From contig OX638149.1 in assembly GCA_951804945.1 (NCBI GenBank), positions 97,898,001 through 97,962,000 of the forward strand: a DNA stretch of 64,000 nucleotides, written 5' to 3'. The translations under genes and the position numbers were made by a program. Of this stretch, positions 49,643 to 60,930 are shown piece by piece. Source of the DNA: Podarcis cretensis. Lineage: Eukaryota. Every line of letters starts with the position of its first letter. Positions within the stretch are counted from its first letter, which is position 1. The notes under the pieces are model-generated. The model saw nothing but the letters and a program-made list of their open reading frames with translations, had not been told where the DNA came from and searched no databases.

Positions 49643-50005
49643 GGGACGCAGGTGGCGCTGTGGGTTAAAGCCTCAGCGCCTAGGACTTGCCGATCGAAAG
49701 GTCGGCGGTTCGAATCCCTGCGGCGGGGTGCGCTCCCGCTGCTCGGTCCCAGCGCCTGCCAACCTAGCAGTTCGAAAGCACCTCCGGGTGCAAGTAGATA
49801 AATAGGGACCGCTTACCAGCGGGAAGGTAAACGGCATTTCCGTGTGCGGCTCTGGCTCGCCAGAGCAGCGATGTCACGCTGGCCACGTGACCCGGAAGTG
49901 TCTCAGGACAGCGCTGGCCCCTGGCCTCTTAAGTGAGATGGGCGCACAACCCCAGAGTCTGTCAAGACTGGCCCGTACGGGCAGGGGTACCTTTACCTTT
50001 ACCTT
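49643..50005 (+). mobile_element. Full-length young Sauria (Squam1) SINE
   Basis: GGGACGC start, A box (ggtggcgctgtggg), B box (ggttcgaatccc), (ACCTTT)n tail, TSD TACCTCTCAATTA (49630-42 and 50006-18), CpGs retained. Confidence 0.95.
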
Positions 50006-53000
50006 TACCTCTCAATTATCTTCTTTTCTGAACTTTTACATTACCTGTTGGACAGACCTGGGAAAACTGGGTTGTAACAATGAGAATAATGTGACTATTT
50101 GAGTGTCAAAAGAATGTTAAATGCACACACTATATGTAACTGATCTACAGGCGTGGGGTTCACTTTAGACAGGAATCTCACCTAGGTGTAAATTGAAAGG
50201 ATGAGCAAAACAACAGGTGTTCATTTCAGGTATCCTGTCAGACCAGGAAACTATATGCTGAACCTTCGTTTACAAGTAGATGATGTATTCAAGGGGCTAT
50301 TTCAGAAATAAAATCCTCTCAACGTACATGCTGTCATGACCTTTCAGATATAAACTAGATTTTCCCACCTAAAAACTACATTTTTCCACTTGGTTCTGTC
50401 TTCTTTTTTGAGCCCATCTACTTATGCATCACCAAACCCTTCATTTGACATCTTTAGACTCCTTCTTAGTTTCCTACACATCTGCAAAATTTTAAGATCA
50501 GTTTTTTGCAATGTTTAGCTAGCTCCAGTCATTTCCTGCTCCTGCTCTCAAGAACCAGTCCTATCATCTTCCATTGTGCTAGGATTGCTCTATTGAGAGC
50601 CAGCATAAGTAAAACTTTGCTCCTATCACTATACTCTTGGGTTTCCATGATGAAGTGGTTCTCAAACCACTTTGTTTCCTTTTGTTGATTAGGGCTCTAA
50701 TTCATTTAGATTTAGGTGTATATGAATGTATTAGTTATAAATGCTGCCTGCATATCTCCATAAGGTCAATTCACATTAGTTAATCCCGTGGTTAGTTCTG
50801 TTATTCTTTTCTTCTAATAAACCTATCTGTGTGAGGCTGTGTTTGTTGAATATATAATGATTTGATCAGGGACACATTTGGAAGAGTGCAAGGTTTGACT
50901 CCACACACAAGATGTTGTTGCTCCCAAAAAATTGTGCATTAGGTATTGTGGGGGAGGGGGTGGACACACAGAGGGGTTTCCCATGTACATGTGCAACAAC
51001 TTGTATATAGCACAGCAATGTTGTAGGTTCAAGGGTCAGGGGGATGCAATGTGGGGGGGGGGAGCTTAGCATGCTCCTCCCCACTCTCCCTTCTCATGTG
51101 TAGCTTTTACATGCAAGCAGGACACCCATTATCAGAGACTGGTTTGGTGACCTGATTTCTATTCTCACCAAGAGAATTTTCCCAGAACATTAATGCATCC
51201 TTACAACTATTCTCATGCTTTAGCGAACTTGTGCTTGCAAAGTTTATGACTGCCTCAGGCTTACATTATGTGTGTATATACACACATACATAAATGCAAT
51301 GCATATATGCTTTTCTTCAGAAGCTATTCAGTTCAGCTTCTTCTGCAAATTTAGATAGGGCCAAATGCATTTCCAAGAGCACTGTTTCTTGAGATTCGTC
51401 CACATTTGTATTTATTTTAAACATTCTTCATGAGGCAATATTCTATACATACACCAAGAAATGCTATGTGTATTTGTTCTGGTTTTTACTTTTGCTTAGC
51501 TGTTGTGTATTTTCATTTACAGGCTAAAGAACTTTTGGTCCATTTCTGTCTCAGTGTTGTGGACATTTGTATTCCAAAGAGCTAATTACAGAGGTGACCT
51601 GAGGCTCTTGAAATGCATTATTAATGCATTTTCTTAGTGATGGAGAAACACTAATGTGAACCACTTCTTAGATGTTTGTTTGCCATGCTTCCTAGAGTGA
51701 ATTAATTTGAGGGGGAAGGGGGGGGAGGGAGAGTCAAAGAACCCTCTTCTACCATCACTCTATAGGACATGCAGCATCCAAGCAGCAATTCAGGGTCCTT
51801 ATAGACCAACATCAGTCTCATCTATAGAAGCAGCTTGTAGAAGTTGTTGCAGTTGTTACCAGAGAAGAAGGGCAAGGTTTTGAGTAGATCACCGCAGTGT
51901 AAATATGTTGGCAGGAGCACCAAATTGGCTCCACTGGTGCCTTTGCATCATACCAACCTCACCAGTGCCTCATCTCTCCCCTTCTTCATTCTGGTAGCTG
52001 CCATGAGTAAGTCAGAGGGAGGAAAGGTTATCAGGGTAGCCCCACCAAACAAGTACTGTTTGAATTGCAAAAAACAAAATAACAAAAAAGCTTTGGCGAG
52101 GATGATTTAAAAAAAAAAAAAATCATGACTGTCGTAGGGAAAGGAAGATTGCAACTCCACAACCCTACCACCATACTGCCAAGACTGTCCGATGGTTACT
52201 GTTTACATAACAACAACAAAAATGTGCACACTAATTGCATTCATGGAATTACCATCAAATCTGGTTTGGACCTGTGATAATACTGATGCCAGTTCATACA
52301 ACATTTCCAAGTGTTCACCACTGGATGATTGCAGCAGCAAGTGATGCTTTTAGTGTTCGAGTGACCCATCACAGCTAGAAATCCAAGCGGAGTTGATACA
52401 TCATTGAAATGCAAAGGCTTTCTAATGGTGCTCATTTACAGATTCAATTCATAGGACACACATATTCATCAAATGCTGTACATATGTGTGAAGTGTAGCA
52501 CAGTCGGAGAAGACTGATACAGAAGTGTGCGTGACTCTTCAAAAATAGCCACTAAATGACAAGTCCTCTAAAAAAACTACAAAACTTTGTGTGCCCTATC
52601 TTTCTGGATTGTGACCCTGCAGGAAAAGATCATCGTAGTGCTGGCTTTTGTAAGCCACTCTGAGAGCCTTTCTGGCAGAAAGGGAAGTGTATAAATGCCT
52701 AAAATAATTAAATATATAAATAACACTCTGGTTAATGCTTACATATGCCCTTCTTGTTTACTTATTTAAAAATTTTATATGCTGCCATTTGTCAGAAAGG
52801 CCACAGGGTGTTTTACAACACAGTTTCATAATAACATAATATATGCACATAACGTAAGATTCATAAAATACAAAAAATATTAGAACATAAGCAATACATT
52901 ATACATAACAGACAGCACTGCCAAATTATTCACAGTGTCAACTCAGCAATAAACTGCACCTTAAATTGTACATAGCCTTCTCATGATTGCATAGAATAGC

Positions 53001-54119
53001 CTGCTAGAAAATAAGTCCCCAAGTACTCAACTAGAATATCTTGCTGTATCAGAATATCATCATTCCGACTCACAGGTGCTGAAAACGGTCACTGAGTTGG
53101 TAATTCACCTTGATTCTATTTGACTTTCAGTCCTCATGTACCTAAATTCTAGGCTCTTATTCTTCTCATGTATTCCCTTGTAATTCTTACTAACCTCCTA
53201 TCATTGTAGCTAAACGTATGTGCGCCTCTGAAGTGGTTATACAAGGTTTGAAATTTCAAAACCTTATATTTGGGGCATCCAAAACCTGCGGCAAACACTT
53301 GACCTTTGACCTGAAAGTCAAATATATGCAGTAAGCTATTGTACAGGTTTTAGTTCCTGCAGAAAATAAGTAGAGATTATGCAGAGAAATAGATAACCAG
53401 CCTGCGGGAAAATTCCCATTGAGTCAGGCTTGGAACCTAGCTGAAAGATCCAAAGCATTTTCATTAGAACTCGGAGAATAGCTTTTACTTATTTCAAGTC
53501 CAGTTCTGAAACAAATCAAACTCTGTTCCACCCTCAATGATATCACTGTGAGTGCATCAGAGTCTGATCCCTTTGCCAATTCCCGGCCCTCAAACCCTCT
53601 CCCACTCATTCACTTACATAGCTAGCAGTGCAATGGAGTAAATATGGAGTCATTCTCCCCCCCAACACCCACTGATGCCTGACATGCTGTTCCAGAGCCA
53701 GCTCATCACAGACTCCATTTTGCAGAGCTCCCTTCCTCCCCTCCATTGCCAGGGCTGCAAGGGAGGTAAGTGGGTGTGTGGGCTGATGGATAGAACGAAA
53801 GGAGGAGGGCAGATGAAATGGAGGAAGGAAGGTGGGAGGAAAGAAGGAATATTTACATAGTTTATGTGGATGAGATTTTATTCTAAACTTGAGAAGAACT
53901 CAGCTGCTCATGTTGTATTTGAGGCGAGCATTATGAGCCAGTAAACATGAAAATTTCTATAGATAAAAAAAATACTAACAGTATTCAGTGCCCTCCTCAG
54001 TAATGTTCTGCTATACAATCCAGGAAGAATTACTGAAAGATAGGAAGAGAAAAAGAAGCTGCTGTGTCTTTTTGCTCTGTTCAACTGATGTCTTGTACTT
54101 GGAGGTGATGCTGGATTGG

Positions 54120-54560
54120 GGTTGGGCCAAGAAGCTGGATTCTCAATAGACAGATGTGTTGTGTATCCCAAGTTCTCATGTCTGGGAGGTGAGGACTGCT
54201 CTCCCCTGGAAGAAACAGTCCCATACTTTGGGGGTGCTCCTGGATTCAACACTGTCATGCCTCCAGCTGGTTTGCCATCTCTGTTGGACAGAGTTCATAG
54301 GGCATTCTCTGTGGCAGCCTCTAAGTTGTACCACTCCATCCCACGCAGTTGTATACCTAGTGCCTTCATTATACAACTTTTGGCAAATGCTGAAAACAAC
54401 CTGTTCACCTTGGCTTTTGACACTGAGATGCATATTTTTAGGACTTCCCTGAATTTTGAAATTTTAAATTGCTTTAAACTGTTTTGAAACTATTTTAAAT
54501 ATTGTGTGATCTTGTGCTTTATTAATAATATTGAGTTAGGGTGAAGGGTGAGTGATAAAT
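54120..54560 (+). mobile_element. Decayed, internally deleted L2 LINE fragment
   Basis: Remnants LPWKKQSHTLGVLLDSTLS and RAFSVAASKLYHSIP...LKT..F..AF, then a T-rich tail. Confidence 0.6.
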
Positions 54561-57067
54561 TGCAATCATAAAAGGGTGGTGGCACTGACTGAAAAGTGAC
54601 AATAAATGTGGCAGCCTTCTTCTGTGCGAGCAGTCCCTCCTTTCAGCAACAGCACACTATCCAAAAGAAGAATGCAATAAAATGAACTCCTTCCATTTCT
54701 GGTGCTTACTAGCAAGGGCTCACTGCAAGAGAAGTTTCATCTATCGATTAAAAAGTAGAATGGAATCTTCAAATACTGTGTGAACTAGTGCAGAACAAAT
54801 AGTAGAACCATAGTGTCATTGTACAGTATAGCCAGCCAATTTATTTGTTTCATGTCCTAAATGCAAAACAAAGTCTACATTCACATAGCTATTATCCGTT
54901 ATTTATTAATTATGCATCACACCTTCAATACATTTCAACAATTACTCCAGCTTTAAAAGATGATGCTATCTATATTTGATAAGAGTGGGACCAAAGCTTA
55001 CATTAATCGTATTTGTATCATTCTTCTAATTCCTTCAGCGTTAAAAACACCCTCAAGGATGTTATTAGTCAAATCTATTATTGTCAAATCTAAGAACACA
55101 AAGATCTGACAGAGTTATTGTTTCACTAGCTTGCCTTTGATACCATCTACCCCCCTGAAGAAATGAATTTAGAACAAAGGATTTATAATTTAGCAGTATT
55201 CATAACTTCAAAAGAGTTCTTTTTTAATGACAGTCTAAGAACTGCATGGGCCAAGGTGACTGATAATCCATGCAGTCAACAGGGACCTGATATTTAGTGG
55301 AGTGGAGAAAAATTCACTTTTGGGGTGGGGTGGGGACTTCATTGCCCAGGTTCCAGTCTGTTGGAGAAACAACACATTTACCAGCTTCCCGCAAGACCAC
55401 GTCTGTTACATGTCATGAACAGTTTGTTTGTGGTTTAATTGTCTATTGCCTTGAACAGTTTGTTGCAAAGGGGACACAGAAGCTTTATGAACAAACAGAT
55501 TATCATATTTATACCAACCTAAAACCATGCAGTTTCAAAAGAAACACAGCGCCAAGTGCATCAGCACAATAGCCCACATCGGAACTGGGTAAATAGGTTT
55601 TGTCTAGCTTTGGATGGTGCACTAGTTGTGCCTATTTCAGGTACAACTGGGCTTGGCCAAGTTGCATCTTTGACTACTGGGGCACCATTTATGTGGGCTG
55701 CCATTGAAAACCACTCATAAACTTCAGCTGGTGTTAATGCCACTACTAAAATTATGAGTAGGGCATATAAAATAATTCCATTAGATGCCTTATTTTTCTC
55801 TTTACTCCTTCTTATTTTGTTTTTCACTCAAGACCAAAGAGTACTGCAAATTATCCAGATCATCTGCACATATTTTTGCACCAGTTGTATTTTTACACAC
55901 AAGAACTAACTCTTGCCCTCAAAACTGATAATGATAAGCTAACATTTTAGACATGTGAAAAAAGCTTTGGTGATAAATATTGCCACTGTCATTTTTCTTT
56001 GGCAATGCTAAATGTCAGTATCAGATTAAAAAATATTGTGGCAGGGGAGGGGAGAGTGTGAGTCATACAGGGAAGTATAATGTGAAACAATTTGTTTGCT
56101 ACGCAACATGCCATTACTGATCTGCAACATTTTGCATTGGCTCAGATTTGGAATAAGGCATGATGTGACCTGAGTTATGAAGGCACTTCCAATTTCTGTC
56201 ACACCATGGCTTAAATTAGGGTATCTGCAAAAATGTCCCACATGGCTCAAAGTGTACTATAATAAAGACTTTTAAGCCTAAAGTGCTATCCCCATCACCC
56301 CATGGCTATTTTCATTCACAGAATCACCTGCTGGTGGAATTTGCTTAGTGGCTCAGTGCTCTCTGTGTTATCATTCTCTGACAAACCCACAAGAAAACCC
56401 ACATGGGAAATTAAAGCTAAACGCAGCTCATGCGTTTCCATTCCACTCTGCCAAATGACCTCCACTGTGAAGGGAGTAGGCAGCATGCACGAGTGGGAGA
56501 GATATTGACAGACAGGGCTACGCAAGGAACACATGGGCCTAGGGGTCACTTGCATGGTGCCACAGCACCAGAAGAATGTGTGGGCTATAAGCCTCTAGAG
56601 AGGGAAGCTCTAGAGTTCCTCCACAGAGAGCTGACCACAAGTTTGGCAATATTATTTTTACTGGAGGCAAACTTTCAGTTTTGAAAGCACTTGCCTTTCG
56701 CAAAGAAACAGAGGCCAATGCATTCAACCCCAACTGAACAAAGGGTGCATTAAACAATCAAGCATTTCTGAACCTCTCCTGTTTCCATGCACATATAAAA
56801 TCATATGCCTCACTAAAAGGTGTATTATTCATTCACCCTGGAGGAGTTTCCAGCTCTATGGGAAATGCATCTTTCCCACTCTCCGGCTTCATGTTGTAGA
56901 TGAGGTGCTGCTACCTCCCTGAATGAATGAATGAATGAATGAATGTACAATGGGAACTAGCACAAAGCTGCTCCTGAGAAAATCAGAGAAATGAGTCAAG
57001 CTAAGCTTATCCATCACTAAGTATTGGGGTTTAAAAGTTTCGTAGCAGTTATAAATGTTAGCATATT

Positions 57068-57417
57068 AAAGGTAAAGGTACCCCTGCCCGTACGGGCCAG
57101 TCTTGACAGACTCTGGGGTTGTGCGCCCATCTCACTTAAGAGGCCAGGGGCCAGCGCTGTCCGGAGACACTTCCGGGTCACGTGGCCAGCGTGACATCGC
57201 TGCTCTGGCGAGCCAGAGCCGCACACGGAAACGCCGTTTACCTTCCCGCTGGTAAGCGGTCCCTATTTATCTACTTGCACCTGGAGGTGCTTTCGAACTG
57301 CTAGGTTGGCAGGCGCTGGGACCGAGCAGCGGGAGCGTACCCCGCCGCAGGGATTCGAACCGCCGACCTTTCGATCGGCAAGTCCTAGGCACTGAGGCTT
57401 TAACCCACAGCGCCACC
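57068..57417 (-). mobile_element. Young Sauria (Squam1) SINE missing ~9 nt at the 5' end
   Basis: Reverse complement of 49652-50000 with about 5 substitutions. aaaggtaaaggt tail. Confidence 0.95.
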
Positions 57418-58545
57418 ATGTCAGACACTAATCCAGCAGCTGCAGAAATTTAAAAGAAGGAAAATGGGATGAGCACTGAAAGGAGGCATGGTTCTCTAGT
57501 AAATCAGGAATGGCTCACCAGATGCTGTAGTTAAAACTCCTCTCAGCCTCAGCTAGCACAACCAGTGATCAGGAATGATAGGAAGTGGAGTCCAACAATT
57601 TCTACAGGGCTGCAGGTTTCCCCACCCCTGTAATAAATTAATCAGGAGCAACAAGAAGTACCAGGAGTAGCCAGCATGCTTGGATGGTCCCATGCAGCGA
57701 CCCTTCCAACAGTGGTCTCATTGCCACTTACTTGGGAGGTGTGGAGGGTAGGGTGTGGTTGGAGGTGTGTGGGCACAGTGTTGGGAAATTGGCTTCACCA
57801 GTGTGGCCATGTAGCCCTGACCTCACTGCTACCTTCCCCTGATAAGCGGCAGTGACACTACTATTGGAATGGTGGATCTGCCGCACTGCTCTGCTACCCC
57901 AGGTTCTATTGAAACTACACTTCCCCAAGAAGCCAATGAAGGCTCCAACGATGCTCAGAAATCTCAGAGTGAGGAACAGTTTAAAGCAGGATTTTTTTCT
58001 GTCACAGTATTCACCGGCGCAAACTACCAGCACCTCCCCGCCCCCTCGCCCCCAGCAACTATTTGCACTGATACCCACAGCACTTCTATCAATCTATGAG
58101 TGTCAGCACATCTTTCTTTTTTACATAGAAAAAAACCCACCCTCACTGGTTTAAAGACTAAAACTGTAGTGTTATTTTTAAAAATACATTACTCCTTCTT
58201 GTGAACAATGAATCAGATTTTACTTTGTCAATGTCTAAATGACTTTAAAGTAGCCCTCCATTTTAAGCTTGGCTGAAATTTTTCCACCTCTGCCCTCACT
58301 TCCCCTCCCCAGAGAAGCTGGTAAATTTGGGAAATGTAAGGGGAGAGAACTTGGCAGATGGGTGGGCTTGCTCTGAGCCTTTTGCAAGCCAAGGAGAGAA
58401 TTAATTTAGAAGAGTGTTGGGTCAGCTCATAATTGCTCTGGGATTTCTCAACTGTGATAATTCATCTGCAGCCCCACTTTCCTGCAAGTCTTGTCCATCT
58501 CAATGAAGCTAAAGCGAATATTCCAGTTGTGACTTTCTCCTTTGT

Positions 58546-58546
58546 C

Positions 58547-58592
<46 letters not shown>
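58546..58592. repeat. (TGTC)n/(TATC)n microsatellite
   Basis: Read directly. Confidence 0.9.
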
Positions 58593-58594
<2 letters not shown>

Positions 58595-59393
58595 AATCTC
58601 CCATGCAGAAATGGTGCAGTTATTATGCTGTGGCCCTTAGTCACACAGCAAAATGTCCCAGATGAACAAGTGCCAAGTGTACAAGCCTATTTTTTCCTTT
58701 GATTCAAAACTGAACAAGAATTAACAGTACAAATTATGTGCAGAGGTAGTACACAAGTACCTTTCCTTACTGATGCAATTTCCTTCCTCTCTTTTACTTT
58801 GTGAAAGGCACTATTCTGTGGAGACCTTAGAGACAGCACCCTGCTAGAACTAATGAACAAATTCATGGAATGCAGACGTCTATTTCAGCAAGCCACTGAA
58901 GTGGAGAACAGTAATGATCAAGTTTGAATCCTGCTTATAACACATCCTTTGAAATTTACAATAGACCGGATGGCTAATTTTGGCTTAGCTTTACATGATT
59001 TGAAAAAGGGGATAAAGGTATATAATTGCTTGCCTGTCCACCTGCTACGTACTCCAGATGCATGCCGTGAGGGTTCAATCAATTTGTTAATGTTTATAAT
59101 GTCCTCTAAAAATTATGCTGCAAACTGTGCAGCCAAATCTACTGTGCAGCCCTATCTCAATGGCTCTGTTTAAGTCTCAAGACCTCCACAGTGTGGCCCA
59201 CTGAGTTGAGTACAGCCCACCAACCACATGTAGTGGTGTGCTGGTGCTTCCGATTGCCCCCGTTTTGGCAGTTTCACAAAAGCATCATCATCATCATCAA
59301 CAACAACAGAATAGGCACCTGGTAGCCCCAATTATGTGGTTGGAAGTCTATGCTTGGTTTGTTCAATCATATGTGGTGCAAGCTATCTCAAAT

Positions 59394-59537
59394 AAGAGAC
59401 AGTGTGGTGTAGTTTTAAGACCATGAAGACCTAGATTCAAATCCCCACTCAGCTATGATGAAGCTCACTGGATGACCGTGGGCACATCTCTGAATGTCGG
59501 CCTTGCCTACCTCACAGGGCTGTTGTGAGGATAAAAT

Positions 59538-59578
<41 letters not shown>

Positions 59579-59625
59579 CATATGTGCTGCCTTGAGGTCC
59601 TTGGAGAAACGATGGGATATGAATG
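59394..59625 (+). mobile_element. MIR/Ther1-like CORE SINE with an internal (GA)n expansion
   Basis: cagtgtggtgtagt...gattcaaatccccactcagctatg...aagctcactggatgacc...cctacctcacagggctgttgtgaggataaa, with (GA)n at 59542-59576. Confidence 0.75.
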
Positions 59626-60349
59626 TAGTATCATAAACAAAATTGCTATTAAATTAAATGTTAATTATCTTGATTTAAAAGCATGCAAATGTTATGCAAA
59701 GAGCTTATGTTTTGTAATTTACAAAAGAATAAGATTGGGTTCATATGTCACTTGGCTTGTTTAACGCTCCTTACTGTATTCTAAATCGAGCACACTTGTA
59801 GGATACACAGTGCTGGATTCTGATGAACATCTGTGGAGAGAGTGATCAATAGTTTTAGCTAAAATCTTTATTTGTGTCAGTCACAAGCCATAGCAAAGGA
59901 CTCAAATACAATAAAATACAGATGTAGCTAGATGGTTGCTACTCAAAATGGGTTCTGAAAGTTTACAACTATAAAAATCAAAGAGCTAATATACAAATTA
60001 AAAAACTAATACAAATAAATATATAAATAAAAGAGTCAACTCTAATAAAGGCCTCTTATGATAAGGACACTTGCTTTTTCTGGCGCACAATATCAGGTTT
60101 TCTAGAGAGTGCATATAATGCCCCCCACCCCACCCCGTGCACTATCGGACCCAAGGAATGGATGCAATATTACTACTCACTTTACTTTGTTCACGATGAT
60201 GAGGCCAATCAAATAACAGAATATTCACCACACTGACCTCTTGTTTCCATAACCCAAGCCAAGAACCTCATCTCACAGTTAAAAAGTAATAAAAAGTAAT
60301 AAAGCACCAGGCAGAGACTACCTGCTCCCAGACCTACTAAAATCTCACA

Positions 60350-60930
60350 CCAACTGGTGGGCTGTCCTGTTGGCAGTTATTTTCATTAATTGACTAGTCG
60401 GGAATAATGCCTGATGTCTAGGTCACAGCTATAATTATCCCTATATTTAAAAGGGGTTCAACATCTGACCCAGCTAACTATCATCGAATCAGTCTGCTAT
60501 CTACAATTAGCGAATTATATGCAAAACAGCTCCATAATAGGTTGGTGGGCTGGTTAACTGATGAAGCTATCTGTGCCGACGAGCAGCCAGAATTTAGACA
60601 AGGTAGATCCACCATAGACCACTGTTTTGTACTAGCCCATCTAATATGCTAAGAAACCTGGTGGTTAATTCGTTCTGGAGGTCTGTTCCTAACCTGAGGT
60701 ACCACTTTAGCTAATGGGGCCTCCCGCTGCCGCTGCGTGATTTCTGTTATCATTCTGAAGCAAAGTTCTTAACCCAAGGTACTATTTCTGGGTTAGCGGA
60801 GTCTGTAACCTGAAGCGTCTGTAACCTGAAGTGTCTGTAACCCGAGGTAACGCTGCATGCATGTTTCATTGATGTGAAAGCTGCATTCAATTCAATTTCT
60901 CAAGGAAGACTGTGGGACAAATTGAATTCT
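60350..60930 (+). pseudogene. Relic LINE reverse transcriptase (possibly RTE-X-like), split by a MITE
   Basis: TAIIIPIFKRGSTSDPANYHRISLLSTISELYAKQL...EQPEFRQGRSTIDHCFVLAHL (from 60425) resumes after the MITE as HACFIDVKAAFNSISQGRLWDKL. Confidence 0.8.
60655..60855. mobile_element. Second copy of the Tigger-like MITE, with degenerate ends
   Basis: Shares ttaattcgttctggaggtc...ccactttagctaatggggcctcc...ggttagcggagtctgtaacctgaag...taacccgaggta with 23765-23962. Confidence 0.85.

Noticed and set aside
57054-57430. TSD around the second Sauria SINE
   Set aside because: The flanks atgttagcatatt and atgtcagacacta are only loosely similar, which does not fit a duplication for so young a copy.
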